Source: Myxococcota bacterium
GTDB taxonomy: Bacteria; Myxococcota_A; Bradymonadia; UBA4248; JAVFAO01
DNA: 64,000 bases
Reading direction: 5' to 3'
Assembly: GCA_034002465.1 (NCBI GenBank)
Contig: JAVFAO010000001.1
Coordinates: 1,086 to 65,085 of the forward strand
The stretch's first letter is position 1. The number at the start of each line of letters is the position of its first letter. Of this stretch, positions 10,958 to 21,105 are shown piece after piece. The translations under genes and the position numbers were made by a program. Below the pieces are notes generated by a model. That model made no database searches, was not told the origin of the DNA, and saw only the letters and a program-made list of their open reading frames with translations.

Positions 10958-11017
10958 CAAAAAGAGAAGGGATTCCAAAGGGTTCGCCCTTTGGTGGGGT
11001 GTGGGGCCGCGCCCCAC
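10958..11017 (-). repeat. Family-2 double-hairpin element (inverted orientation)
   Basis: caaaaagagaagggattCCAAAGGGttcGCCCTTTGGtggggtGTGGGGccgcGCCCCAC. Same element as at 41383, 26303 and 20962. Confidence 0.75.
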
Positions 11018-11117
11018 GAAGAGCAATCAAGCCTCTTGCAGGGGTAGCGTTTTGGAACAAGGCTCTGTCGTCAGCAGCGCAGGAACACGGGGCACTCAGT
11101 ACCCCAGCCAAGAGGAA

Positions 11118-11154
11118 CTGGGGGGAACAGGCCAAGCGCCCCATCGACAAGAAC
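11118..11154 (+). repeat. Family-1 repeat, single unit
   Basis: ctggggggaacaggccaagcgccccatcgacaagaac, 15 bp upstream of the rhomboid start. Confidence 0.85.
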
Positions 11155-11168
11155 TCATCGACGAAGGC

Positions 11169-12002
11169 ATGACACCTCGATTGCGTCGTTGGGACGACGA
11201 CGCCTTGCGCAGCTACGCCATGGAGATGGGCTTTGCGCGCCTCTTACAGCAGAAGGTGCCCGTAACCCACGCCTTGCTCGGCGCCTTGGCGGTGCTTTTC
11301 ATCGCAGGCATTTTTTTCTCCGATCTCTGGGTCGCACCTCGCTTTGGAGCACCAGAGGAGAGTGTCGAGGCGATGGTGGTGGTGGGGGCGAAGCTCAACG
11401 CCGAGATCAGTGCAGGGGCGTATTGGCGCTTGCTCACCCATACCTTTCTGCACGGCAGTTGGCTTCATCTTTTCTTCAATGGTTATGCTTTGTTGGTGCT
11501 TGGTTCAATCGTCGAGCGCCTCTTTGGCTCTCGTCGCTTCGTGATCATTTATGGTGGCGCGGCGCTCGCTGGTGCCTTCAGTTCATACTTCTTCAATGAT
11601 GTCGCCAGCGTCGGGGCGAGCGGCGCAATCTTCGGGGTTTTTGGAGCGGCGATTGTGTTTGGGTTCAAGCATCGCGCGAGTTTGCCGCCGCGCATTGGCA
11701 AGGCACTGACCACGCGTCTCTTGCCTTGGCTCCTTCTGAGCTTGGCTTTTGGGCTGCTCCCAATGATCGACAACGCTGCGCACTTTGGCGGTTTGGCGAT
11801 GGGGAGCCTGCTCGCCCTGGGCTTCGGAACGCCCTGGAAGCGCGAACCCAGTCCTCTGGTGATGCGCTTGCAGTTGGTGCTTGCAGCGCTCTTGGTCGCT
11901 GCGACCCTGGCGTCGTTTGCCTTCGGCCTGCGCCACGCCCGTGACTGCGTCTCTTCTGCCGATGCTTGGAAGCGATGCCAAAGCAGCCTGCGGGAACCGT
12001 GA
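11169..12002 (+). CDS. Rhomboid-family intramembrane serine protease
   Basis: Multi-TM protein with the GASGAIFG serine motif and a downstream AAHFGG histidine motif. Start chosen at ATG 11169, after the repeat unit. Confidence 0.8.
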   Translation: MTPRLRRWDDDALRSYAMEMGFARLLQQKVPVTHALLGALAVLFIAGIFFSDLWVAPRFGAPEESVEAMVVVGAKLNAEISAGAYWRLLTHTFLHGSWLHLFFNGYALLVLGSIVERLFGSRRFVIIYGGAALAGAFSSYFFNDVASVGASGAIFGVFGAAIVFGFKHRASLPPRIGKALTTRLLPWLLLSLAFGLLPMIDNAAHFGGLAMGSLLALGFGTPWKREPSPLVMRLQLVLAALLVAATLASFAFGLRHARDCVSSADAWKRCQSSLREP

Positions 12003-12883
12003 AGCAGCTCAGTCTCGATTTCCCAGCCGAGCAGAGCGACAGCGCTCCACGCTCCAAGAGGCGCCGTGAATGGCTGCCAAAGGCTCAACCTTTCCTGAAG
12101 TGGGCCGGCGGGAAGCGTGCGCTGCTGCCTGAGTTGCGCAAGCGGGTTGGCAAGTTCCCGGGGCGATACTTCGAGGCGTTTCTTGGTGGCGCAGCGCTCT
12201 TCTTCGAGCTCGCACCTCGGAAAGCGGTTTTGAGCGACGTCAACCTTCGGCTCGTGCGCTGCTACCGCGCGCTGCGCGATGACGTGGAGGGGCTGATTGG
12301 GCTATTGACCGAGCATGCTCAGCAGCATTGCAAGGAACACTACTACGCGGTGCGGGCGCTCGACGTGGATCGCTGCAGCGACGTCGAGCTCGCCGCTTGG
12401 TTGATCTACCTCAATCACACGTGTTTCAATGGTCTCTACCGGGTCAATAAGTCGAACCGATTCAACGTCCCGATGGGGCGCTATGTCAATCCGACGATCT
12501 GCAACGCGCCGCTCTTGCGTGCTTGCTCGACAGCGCTGAAGCATTGCGAGATTGAGCACCTCGACTTTCAGAGCCTCAGTGAACGACCAAGGGCTGGCGA
12601 CGTGGTCTACTTCGATCCGCCGTATGTTCCATTGAGCGCATCGTCCTCCTTCACCAGCTATTCGCAGGAAGGCTTCACTGACGCTGACCAGGTTCGTCTG
12701 CGCGACACCGCGCTGGAGCTGAAGCGGCGCGGTGTCCGGGTCATCCTGTCGAACGCTTGGGCGCCTCGTGTGCTCGAGCTCTACGCGCCTCCCGCCTTCC
12801 GCGTCAGCCAAGTCATGGTCCCGCGAATGGTCAACAGCAAAGCTTCGGGGAGAGCACCGGTGCCCGAGGCCCTCATCGTCTGA
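11966..12883 (+). CDS. dam: DNA adenine methyltransferase, Dam family
   Basis: Motifs FLKWAGGKRALL (SAM binding) and VVYFDPPY (DPPY catalytic motif). Overlaps the rhomboid 3' end by 37 bp. Confidence 0.75.
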   Translation: MEAMPKQPAGTVKQLSLDFPAEQSDSAPRSKRRREWLPKAQPFLKWAGGKRALLPELRKRVGKFPGRYFEAFLGGAALFFELAPRKAVLSDVNLRLVRCYRALRDDVEGLIGLLTEHAQQHCKEHYYAVRALDVDRCSDVELAAWLIYLNHTCFNGLYRVNKSNRFNVPMGRYVNPTICNAPLLRACSTALKHCEIEHLDFQSLSERPRAGDVVYFDPPYVPLSASSSFTSYSQEGFTDADQVRLRDTALELKRRGVRVILSNAWAPRVLELYAPPAFRVSQVMVPRMVNSKASGRAPVPEALIV

Positions 12884-13115
12884 TGCTCGTTGGGTCGCGA
12901 CGGTTGAGCTGTTGCTTGGCGAAGACGCGCGAAGGCGCGCCACTGCGGACCCATCTGGACCATCCGGTTCCGCGCAGGGTTGCCAAGCTTGGTCTGGAAG
13001 GCTAGGCTATGCCACGCTCGGGACGCCTCAGCCCCATCTGCGGAGGCCCTCCGAACAGCCGTGAGCGCGAATCCTGGCGCTCGCTCTCCAACAACGACAC
13101 GAACTCGGAGATAGC

Positions 13116-13658
<543 letters not shown>

Positions 13659-13801
13659 GCATCTCAACCAACGGCGGTCTTGAAGGGAAATGCCTCGAAG
13701 GGGGCTGCCCCTGGTCGGGCACCAGGAACCGCGCCAAGACGAATGCCCGAGCGCATGTACCTCCAGTTTCCAGATTTCGCTCGCTTTCAAAGGGCGCGCA
13801 T

Positions 13802-14749
13802 ATGTTTGCTTTGCTCTGCTCGCTGAGCTCCACAACAACTTGGGGGAGCAGGCCAAGTGCCCAATCGACAAGAACTTGGGGGAGCAGGCCAAGGGCCCAA
13901 TCGACAAGAAATTGGGGGAGCAGGCCAAGTGCCCAATCGACAAGAAATTGGGGGAGCAGGCCAAGTGCCCAATCGACAAGAAGTCGAAGGCTGCCACTGC
14001 GACTGCTGAGCGCCGTCTCAGCCGTCGTGTTGTGCGCGTTGCTCGGGTCCAACGCCTGGTGCGAAGAGCTGCCTGCATCGGAGCAGCCTCCGCTACCCGT
14101 CTCAGAAGCCTTCGAGGAGCGCCTGGCACTGGGCTTCGTCGTCGGCCTCAACCGCTCCATCCTCACTGCGCCCGAGGACGCTGTGGGTGAAGCGCAGTTC
14201 ATGAGCGGCACCGCGTTCAATGGCTTTGGCGTCTCTTTTGGGCCCAGCGCGCGCTTCGGCATCCTCCCTTTCCTGGCCTTGCGCCTGGAGCTGCTCTTCT
14301 CGCTCGATCGCGCGACGGGCTACGAGAAGCTGGGTGAACAATCCCGCGAGCTCGAGCTCTCGACTTGGCGTCTACGCGTGCCCGTGCAGATCCTTGGCGG
14401 CTATGACTTCGGCTTTCTCCGACTCGACCTGGGGCTTGGCCCCGAGTTGGCGCTACCGCTCACCGTCGACGCCACACTCGAGGAGAAGAACATCCCCATC
14501 GAGGCGAGTTTTCCGCTGAGCGTGAGCGCTGGCGCTAGTTTTGGTTTGCGAATGAGCGCTGGCGTTGCCGTCGAGCTGGGAGAAGGGCTTTTTCTGCCAA
14601 GCAATGTTCATCTAAGCTGGTTTCCGGGAGTGCCCGATACTAGCCGAGAGCGCTTCGAGGGCTTCCAGTCTATGACTCAGCCTGGAAAGCTGCGGGTCGA
14701 GTACCAGTGGTGTGTTCTCTGGGATATCGGAATCAGCTACGAGCTGTGA
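13802..14749 (+). CDS. Putative outer-membrane beta-barrel-like secreted protein (start uncertain)
   Basis: ORF ends ..WDIGISYEL with alternating beta-strand-like segments. The signal-like segment LPLRLLSAVSAVVLCALLGSNAWC lies after the repeat array and has no in-frame ATG, so the true start is probably non-ATG near 13985. Confidence 0.5.
   Translation: MFALLCSLSSTTTWGSRPSAQSTRTWGSRPRAQSTRNWGSRPSAQSTRNWGSRPSAQSTRSRRLPLRLLSAVSAVVLCALLGSNAWCEELPASEQPPLPVSEAFEERLALGFVVGLNRSILTAPEDAVGEAQFMSGTAFNGFGVSFGPSARFGILPFLALRLELLFSLDRATGYEKLGEQSRELELSTWRLRVPVQILGGYDFGFLRLDLGLGPELALPLTVDATLEEKNIPIEASFPLSVSAGASFGLRMSAGVAVELGEGLFLPSNVHLSWFPGVPDTSRERFEGFQSMTQPGKLRVEYQWCVLWDIGISYEL
13840..13983 (+). repeat. 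Family-1 repeat array, 4 units
   Basis: ttgggggagcaggccaag[tg]gcccaatcgacaagaa[ac], period 36. Overlaps the 5' part of the longest ORF of the next gene. Confidence 0.9.
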
Positions 14750-17166
14750 ACCCATCGGGCAAGCAGTGGACGTCGTCCAGAAGCTGCCATTTCTGGCTTT
14801 CGAATCGCTGTACGGTCCTGCTCGCGTTGGCTGTAACTGTATTCTTATTTCCATCAATTGCGCTTGCCGATGAGGGCGTTCGCTTCATCGAAGCTGGGCA
14901 GCGTCTCGAAGAGGTCGACAGCCTGGGGGGCTGGAGCGAAGAGGATGGGGCCGTCTCGGCCCAGCCGACCCGAGAGAGCAAGAGTGGCTACTGGCTGCCC
15001 CGCAGCATCTGGATCCCTGCGCCGCGTCATGTCTCTGTGCGGCTGGATGACCATAAACACCTCGAGCTCGGGGTCTTGCTCGATGCTCGGCTCGAGGATG
15101 GTGCGCTGCTTGGCCACAATGTTCGGATCAGCGGCAAGCAGCTCCTGATCGAGCGCCTCGAACGAAACGAGGTGGTCGTTCTTGGCGAAGCCGACATCAA
15201 GGGGCTGGGCAAGAAGGGAGGCAGCGTCGAGCTGCACATCTGGGCGAGTGAGGATTGGATCGTGGCGCAGCTGCAGGGCAAGCGGGTTGCTGCGGTGCTG
15301 ACGGTTGGCGCAAAGGTGCAGGCCAGGTCGCGGCTAGGGCTGCGTCGTCAGGCTGGCGTGCGGGCGCGGGGAAGTGTGCGCGAGCTCTCGATGCGCCCCC
15401 TGTGCCCCATCGAACAGTCGAGCGCTATGCCACGTAGCTTCTTCGCCACCGTGCGAAGCAGTGATTGGAACGCCGTGATTGATGGCTTGCCTTTGATCGA
15501 GCCCATGGAGCAGCTTGCAGACCAGACGGTGCTCAAAGTGCAGCTCGAAACCCTGGGAGCGCTGTATTGCGCTGGCGTGGAGCCAGTGGAGTTGTTCACC
15601 GAGACCCCTCTCAAGTATGTGGATCCGGCGTTTCTCAGTGAACGTCGTCGAACGCCTCGGCGCAGCGCAAGTGGTTTCGTGATCGACGCTTCGTACAAAG
15701 ACAGCAGCATGGTGCGGGCCATCTTGCGGGGATACCAGCAGCGTTTTCCCGAGCTGAGCGAGCTCGTGGAGCTCGGCCGCAGCCACCAGGGGCGCCCAAT
15801 CTTGGCGCTCGCGATTGGCCGTGAGCGTTCTGGCACCAAACCCAGCATCCTGCTCAATGGCAGTCATCACGGCGACGAGCCGCTTTCGACGGAGATCGTT
15901 CTCGACGCGGTGCAGCAGCTCTTGGAGTGTTCAGAGGATCCCGAAATTTCTGCATTTCTCGATGAGTTCGTGATCTGGTGCGTGCCCTTGGTGAACCCAG
16001 ATGGCAACGCCATGCACGTCGAGCGGAGCCTGCGCCGAGGACGCAAGAACGGCAGGGACCTTGATGATGACGGTATCATTGGCTTGGACGAAGGCGTGGA
16101 TCTGAACCGGAACTATCCCTTCCGATGGGGGGAGACTGGCGAGGAGGGGAGCCGCTCCAAACCGACGCACCCGTGGTTTCGTGGGCCTTCCGCAGCTTCC
16201 GAGCCAGAGACCAAAGCCATGATGGCCCTTGCCGAACAAGAGCGCTTCGTCGCGTCGATATCCTATCACACGGGGACGGTGGCGGTGCTCGCCCCCTACA
16301 CCATCAATGAGGTTCCCAATCCCGAGCCCAACGAGGCCTGGGTGGTTGCCGAGGAGCTCATCAGTCGCCTGCCCTCTCCCGTGAAGGGGCGGGACTTTCC
16401 TTTGCGTCGACAGCTCTACTCGGTAGATGGGACCGATCAGGATTGGCATCGCTATACCCATGGCACGTTGGCGCTGCTGGTCGAGGCCTCGCCGGACAGT
16501 CCGATTGACCTAGAGAAACGCCAACGGGCCATTGTCGCCAATCGTGCTTCTTGGATGGGATTGCTGCAGCGATGGGTGGATGGACCAGGCCTCGTCGTCC
16601 AGGTGCTCAACGACCGTGGAGAGGCGGTGCAGGCGGAGCTCAGTATCGACGAGCTGCCGGTTTTCGCGGGTGAGAAGTGGCGAACACGCTGTCGAGATGG
16701 CCGCTTCTTTCGCTACCTGCCGGCGCGTGGACGCTACACCGTGCGGGCGCGAGTCGCAGGCGCAGAGGCCACCAAGGAAGTCGATGTGCGCAATTTCGAT
16801 GGTGAAGTCGTCATCATCCTGGAGGGCGCAGAGGGTGGAGGGAGGTCTTGTGAATCCCGGGTTCTGCGTCAGGATTTGATTATCGCCCAGCAATTCGTGC
16901 GGGCAAGCTGGGCTGGACTGGTGGCCAACTGGCTGGCCCCACCGCCTGCTGCTGAAGACGGCGTCGTTCGGGAGCCAGCCCCTATGGCTGTGGAGGCAGA
17001 AGCGCCGCAGCCTCTTGTCGAGCCAACGGACTCAGGCTGCGGCTGCCGTCAGACCTCGCCATTGCGTTGGAGTTGGTGGGCGTGGCTCTTGGTGGCGCTC
17101 ACGCTCAGATGGGGATCTCGAGCAGCTCGCCTTGCAGATCGACGAAGTACTCGGCGGTCCCACTGA
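14707..17166 (+). CDS. M14-family zinc carboxypeptidase with a MYXO-CTERM-like C-terminal tail
   Basis: NGSHHGDEPLS (HxxE), VPLVNPDG, DLNRNYPF and ISYHTGTVAV motifs; an N-terminal signal-like helix; C-terminal DSGCGCRQ..WLLVALTLRWGSRAARL. Confidence 0.8.
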   Translation: MVCSLGYRNQLRAVNPSGKQWTSSRSCHFWLSNRCTVLLALAVTVFLFPSIALADEGVRFIEAGQRLEEVDSLGGWSEEDGAVSAQPTRESKSGYWLPRSIWIPAPRHVSVRLDDHKHLELGVLLDARLEDGALLGHNVRISGKQLLIERLERNEVVVLGEADIKGLGKKGGSVELHIWASEDWIVAQLQGKRVAAVLTVGAKVQARSRLGLRRQAGVRARGSVRELSMRPLCPIEQSSAMPRSFFATVRSSDWNAVIDGLPLIEPMEQLADQTVLKVQLETLGALYCAGVEPVELFTETPLKYVDPAFLSERRRTPRRSASGFVIDASYKDSSMVRAILRGYQQRFPELSELVELGRSHQGRPILALAIGRERSGTKPSILLNGSHHGDEPLSTEIVLDAVQQLLECSEDPEISAFLDEFVIWCVPLVNPDGNAMHVERSLRRGRKNGRDLDDDGIIGLDEGVDLNRNYPFRWGETGEEGSRSKPTHPWFRGPSAASEPETKAMMALAEQERFVASISYHTGTVAVLAPYTINEVPNPEPNEAWVVAEELISRLPSPVKGRDFPLRRQLYSVDGTDQDWHRYTHGTLALLVEASPDSPIDLEKRQRAIVANRASWMGLLQRWVDGPGLVVQVLNDRGEAVQAELSIDELPVFAGEKWRTRCRDGRFFRYLPARGRYTVRARVAGAEATKEVDVRNFDGEVVIILEGAEGGGRSCESRVLRQDLIIAQQFVRASWAGLVANWLAPPPAAEDGVVREPAPMAVEAEAPQPLVEPTDSGCGCRQTSPLRWSWWAWLLVALTLRWGSRAARLADRRSTRRSH

Positions 17167-18316
17167 AGATCTTCTCGATGGTCTTCTCGTTGACGCCGAG
17201 CTTTTCGTAGAAGGCCTTGTCGGTTTTGCCTTCGAGGTTGAAGAGCCACACTGCCTCGAGGCCGGGGAAGTAGACCAGCTTGGGCGGTGCGAGCTCAGCG
17301 TCGGCGGGCATCTCCGCAGTGAAGATGAACTGGGCGCAGTCGATGGTGGTGGCGTCGACGTCGGGTTTGAGCTTGGGCGCAGCAGCAAGGACGGCGTCAC
17401 ACTCACCCTTGGCCTCGTACTTGACGAGCACTTTCCCAGGCGAAACCTCGGCGAGCGCCACAGCGGGTTTGCTCTTGATGAAGGTGTCGAGGGGCCCGAG
17501 GTCGGTGGGGAGGGTCATGTCGGTGGCGTCCTCGGCGAGCTTGAAGGCAAAGGCGAGCTGCCAATTGGGGGCGAGCTCGAGGTTGGCGATGCCGAGCAGG
17601 GTCTTGCAGCTTTCGTTGCCGCCCTCTTGGTTACAGGCAAACTTGGCATCGAGTAGGTTGCGGCTCCCAATTAAGGCTTTCATGGCGGGTGCAGCTTTGG
17701 CTTTGGCCATCATCGCCACATCGGGAGCGTCCTGCGCGGTGCTACCCTTTGGCACTTCCTTTCCTTCGCCGAGGAAGAACTGGTGTGCCTTGAGCTGGGA
17801 CTCTTTGAGGTATTCAGCGGCGACGAGCTTGAGCAATGGCTCGACGGCCTGACCGATGGCGCCGTTGAGTTGTACGTAGAGCTTGCCGTCGATCACGACG
17901 TTCCAGGGCAAGCGGTGCTCACAGCGGGAAGCCGTGAAGAGCTCGGCGCGACCTTCTTTGTAGGGCAGGCTGATACGCAGTGTGGGTTCGCTTTCTGCGG
18001 GTCGACAGGTCTTGACGCCATCCGAGGGGATGAGCTGGTCGATAGCCGCTGTCAGGGCGGGAATGAGGGCCTCGTCGATGGTCTCCTCGTCGTATTCGTA
18101 GACGTCGTCATAGGACTGCAGAGAAATGCGTCGAGTCTTGTGACCCTTGGGGGCTGGGTATTCAATCGAAATCTCGACACGCTTGGATTCGTCCTCACTG
18201 CGCTTTGCAGGTGCCGGCTTTGCGGCTTCCTCCTCTTTGGATGAGTCGCAGGCGCTGAGTGGGAGCAGGAGGCTCAGTATGAGGACGGCAGAAATGGGGT
18301 AGTGTTGACGGCTCAT
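17105..18316 (-). CDS. Hypothetical lipoprotein
   Basis: Start at the internal ATG gives MSRQHYPISAVLILSLLLPLSAC (lipobox). The ORF is otherwise coherent. It overlaps the carboxypeptidase 3' end convergently. Confidence 0.6.
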   Translation of the reverse strand: MSRQHYPISAVLILSLLLPLSACDSSKEEEAAKPAPAKRSEDESKRVEISIEYPAPKGHKTRRISLQSYDDVYEYDEETIDEALIPALTAAIDQLIPSDGVKTCRPAESEPTLRISLPYKEGRAELFTASRCEHRLPWNVVIDGKLYVQLNGAIGQAVEPLLKLVAAEYLKESQLKAHQFFLGEGKEVPKGSTAQDAPDVAMMAKAKAAPAMKALIGSRNLLDAKFACNQEGGNESCKTLLGIANLELAPNWQLAFAFKLAEDATDMTLPTDLGPLDTFIKSKPAVALAEVSPGKVLVKYEAKGECDAVLAAAPKLKPDVDATTIDCAQFIFTAEMPADAELAPPKLVYFPGLEAVWLFNLEGKTDKAFYEKLGVNEKTIEKIFSGTAEYFVDLQGELLEIPI

Positions 18317-18530
18317 CTTCGTTTCCTCCTGTGCTTCAGCGCTCGTCCTGGGTCTTTGTCGACGAGCGCTCACGATTCAACCATCAAGATACCTGGGTGC
18401 CCAGCAAACACAAGCGTCGAGTCCCTTGCTCGCTGGTCGTGCTCCGCTGGGGCCGAAGAGCTGGCAAACTCGGGACCGTCGCGCTGCTCGTGTTATTGTG
18501 CAGCAGCGCGCTCGTGGCTCTGAGCTTTGC

Positions 18531-19517
18531 TCAAGTTGATGCTGTGCGCTCCCGGCTTGCCGACTCAGGTGCACAGAGAGGATCCTGTCCGTCGCTATGC
18601 TCCGCGCTGAGCACGCAGCCTCCAGAGCAGTGTCCGCTGACGTGGAGGCTGCGCTTGCGACGCTGGGTTTGATGCGCAAGCAAGACCTCATTCCACGATT
18701 GTGTGCGAAGATCGCCGAGGATTTCTGCAGAGAGGGCGCAGTTTCGAACTCGACCGATGGGGTCGATGCAGAATCCTGGGTTTGGGGACATGGCGGCGCA
18801 AGTGCCGCCCGCGAGCCCGAGGGCGTGTGGCCGGAGGTCAGCAGGGATGGCGATGGCAAGCTCGATTCGCAGACCGAGAAGGGTCTGGCACCGAACGGCG
18901 ATATCGAGCGCCTCCACGACCTGGGCGCGACTTGGATGCAGTCGTCGCAGCGTTTCATCGGTCGAGCTGAGAGCGAGCCGAGAGAAGGCGACGCGCTCAA
19001 TGCCCATGCCAATGGCCAACTCGAGCACGGGCAGCCACTGCTCTGCGTTCTCGGAGGTGCAGACAAAGCTCAGTGAAATCGGCACCTTGGCGCGGAGCAG
19101 TGCCTCCATTCCGCGCAGTGTTGCAGCAAAGCTGCCCTCACCCTTCAAGCGGTCATGCCGGCCGGCATCGGCCGCGAGCAGGGTGGGTTGCAGCATCCAG
19201 ATGCCGAGTCGTGCGAGCTCGCGGGCCTCGGCGTCAGAGATGGACTCGGCGTCGCTGATCAGCGCGACGCCGAGCTGCTGTGCGCGCAGCTCCGCGATGA
19301 CGTCGAAGCAGTCGGGGTGCAGCAGCGGCTCACCACCGGAGAGCATGATCCCGGCAAACGCGCCGGCCCGCGCGGCGCCGATGGCGAGGGCGCAGAGCTC
19401 GCCGCTTGGCAGCGCAGTGTGGGGGCGCAGTGCCTTGGGGAGGGCGCGGTAGTAACAGTAGCGGCACTGCCGCAGGCTGCGGCTGTGCAGCTCGAGGATG
19501 AGGGCGCGCGCGCTCAC
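18531..19517 (-). CDS. Radical SAM/SPASM-like protein with a non-canonical SxxxCxxC cluster motif
   Basis: N-terminus ..[18 protein letters not shown] aligns to the canonical ..TSACNLRCKYCYY motif but has Ser in place of the first Cys. Also has the GGEPLL SAM motif and a C-terminal Cys-rich SPASM-like segment ([21 protein letters not shown]...HCSGGC). The GTG start overlaps the stop of the upstream gene (GTGA). Confidence 0.7.
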   Translation of the reverse strand: MSARALILELHSRSLRQCRYCYYRALPKALRPHTALPSGELCALAIGAARAGAFAGIMLSGGEPLLHPDCFDVIAELRAQQLGVALISDAESISDAEARELARLGIWMLQPTLLAADAGRHDRLKGEGSFAATLRGMEALLRAKVPISLSFVCTSENAEQWLPVLELAIGMGIERVAFSRLALSSTDETLRRLHPSRAQVVEALDIAVRCQTLLGLRIELAIAIPADLRPHALGLAGGTCAAMSPNPGFCIDPIGRVRNCALSAEILGDLRTQSWNEVLLAHQTQRRKRSLHVSGHCSGGCVLSAEHSDGQDPLCAPESASRERTAST

Positions 19518-20584
19518 GCGTGGCGCTCGAGGTAGCGGGAGCGCAGGGCCTGACGTGCGGCTTGCAGGCGCTGATCAAGGTTCCAAGAGCAGCCTTGCAC
19601 GAAGTCGAGTACGGAGATGCGAGCATGGCGCAAATCTTCGAGGCGCGCAGCATCGGCACGCCGCTGGTTGAGGTCTTGTAGCACGGCGCTTTGTCGGCAG
19701 GCGTCTCCGATGCCATCGCCGTCTCGGTCCCACTGCTTGGGGTTGGGAACCTCAGGGCAGTTGTCGCAGACATCGCCAATGCCATCGTCGTCCTGGTCGG
19801 CTTGGTCGGGGTTGGCGTGGCGTGGGCAGTTATCAGGACCAGTGAGGGATGGACAGGGACTATTCTGAGGATAGCCACCGATGATGCCGTCGGCGTCAGC
19901 GTCATAGCTGCACCAGGGTCCGCACGGCGACATGCAGGTCATCTCACTGGCGCAGGCGCTGCCCATGTCGCCGAAGAAATCACAGGCCACCGCCTGCTCT
20001 GGGTTCGGGGCGAAGGGGCAGTTGTCGGTAGCGTCAGCGATGCCGTCGCCATCTCGGTCGTCGTTGTCATCGCAGAGGTCGCCGAAGCCATCGGCGTCTT
20101 GGTCGGTCTGCTCGGGGTTTGCGATGTAGGGACAGTTGTCGAAGACGTCAGGGACGGCGTCGGCGTCGCTGTCGAGTCGGCAGCGGTCATCACAGCAGTC
20201 GAGGGAGTTAGGGTCGAAGCTACAGGCATCTCCGATGCCATCACCATCTTGATCCTGCTGGTCTGGGTTGGCTGCGAATGGGCAGTTGTCGCTGCGATTG
20301 GGGATGCCGTCAGCGTCGTGGTCGGGGTTGCCGGTGGTGTCAAGGCTGGTGTCGACTTCGACGCTATCGGCATCGGCGGGCAGCTCCGCATTGGGCTCGA
20401 GCTCGGTGACCCGGACATGGTCTCGACAACCGACGAGGCTCGCTCCCAGGGCCAGCAGCAGGCCAATGAAGGGGAGCAGCGCCGAGAGCTGGGCTTGGCA
20501 TCCGAGAAGCGAGACGCTGAGTGCGAAGCAGATGCTGCACAGGAGCAGAAGGGAGCGCCACTGAGCTTGGCTGTGTCGCAGCAT
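19514..20584 (-). CDS. Thrombospondin type 3 repeat (TSP3) lipoprotein
   Basis: About 8 calcium-binding TSP3 repeats (DNCPxxxNPDQxDxDxDGxGDxCD), two lipobox-like segments (SLLGC, SLVGC) and a Cys-rich insert. Confidence 0.8.
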   Translation of the reverse strand: MLRHSQAQWRSLLLLCSICFALSVSLLGCQAQLSALLPFIGLLLALGASLVGCRDHVRVTELEPNAELPADADSVEVDTSLDTTGNPDHDADGIPNRSDNCPFAANPDQQDQDGDGIGDACSFDPNSLDCCDDRCRLDSDADAVPDVFDNCPYIANPEQTDQDADGFGDLCDDNDDRDGDGIADATDNCPFAPNPEQAVACDFFGDMGSACASEMTCMSPCGPWCSYDADADGIIGGYPQNSPCPSLTGPDNCPRHANPDQADQDDDGIGDVCDNCPEVPNPKQWDRDGDGIGDACRQSAVLQDLNQRRADAARLEDLRHARISVLDFVQGCSWNLDQRLQAARQALRSRYLERHA

Positions 20585-20961
20585 GTTGTCCTCGTGTTGT
20601 CGGAATGCCTCGGTTCTTTCAAGCTACGCAGATTGGAGGCTGTGCTAGGTGGACCTGGGCCTCGCATTCGGCCGCGCGCTGCTGCTGCCTGGACCGATGC
20701 TGTGTTTCGATGGCGTCGATGCAGACGAAGTCGTTGCAGGGAGCCAGCACGAAGAGCATAGGGAGTTTTGGGGTTGGAATCCAGATGTATTCGCTCGCTC
20801 TCGGAAACCGAGCCCATTGCAGCAGCAATTCTCCTGGGATACCAGGAGGACGTGAGTCTTTCGCGCAGTTGCGACTGCGCTCCACTGTACGTTCCTGAGC
20901 CATCCACAACGGCCTACGGGCTCTCCGAGCGACTTCGGGGCGTGTCGCTCTCCACTCCTCG

Positions 20962-20998
20962 CCAGAAGGGCTAGCCCTTAGGAATCCTTTTCTTTCTC
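20962..20998 (+). repeat. Family-2 element, partial copy
   Basis: ccagAAGGGCTAGCCCTTaggaatccttttctttctc; hairpin 2 and the T-rich tail only. Confidence 0.65.
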
Positions 20999-21105
20999 GA
21001 GTCGATACAGGAGCGGTTTTGATGCTATCGCAAGGTTGACGCTTCGCTACCTTGGCCACTAGAAGCGTTGGCTGCTGGCAGGTGCACCGGCGCGCGGAGG
21101 CAAGC

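Noticed and set aside
10975-10994. Hairpin CCAAAGGGttcGCCCTTTGG as an intrinsic terminator of the FGE gene
   Set aside because: On the + strand the U-rich tract precedes, rather than follows, the hairpin. The element is the inverted copy of repeat family 2, not a simple terminator for this gene.
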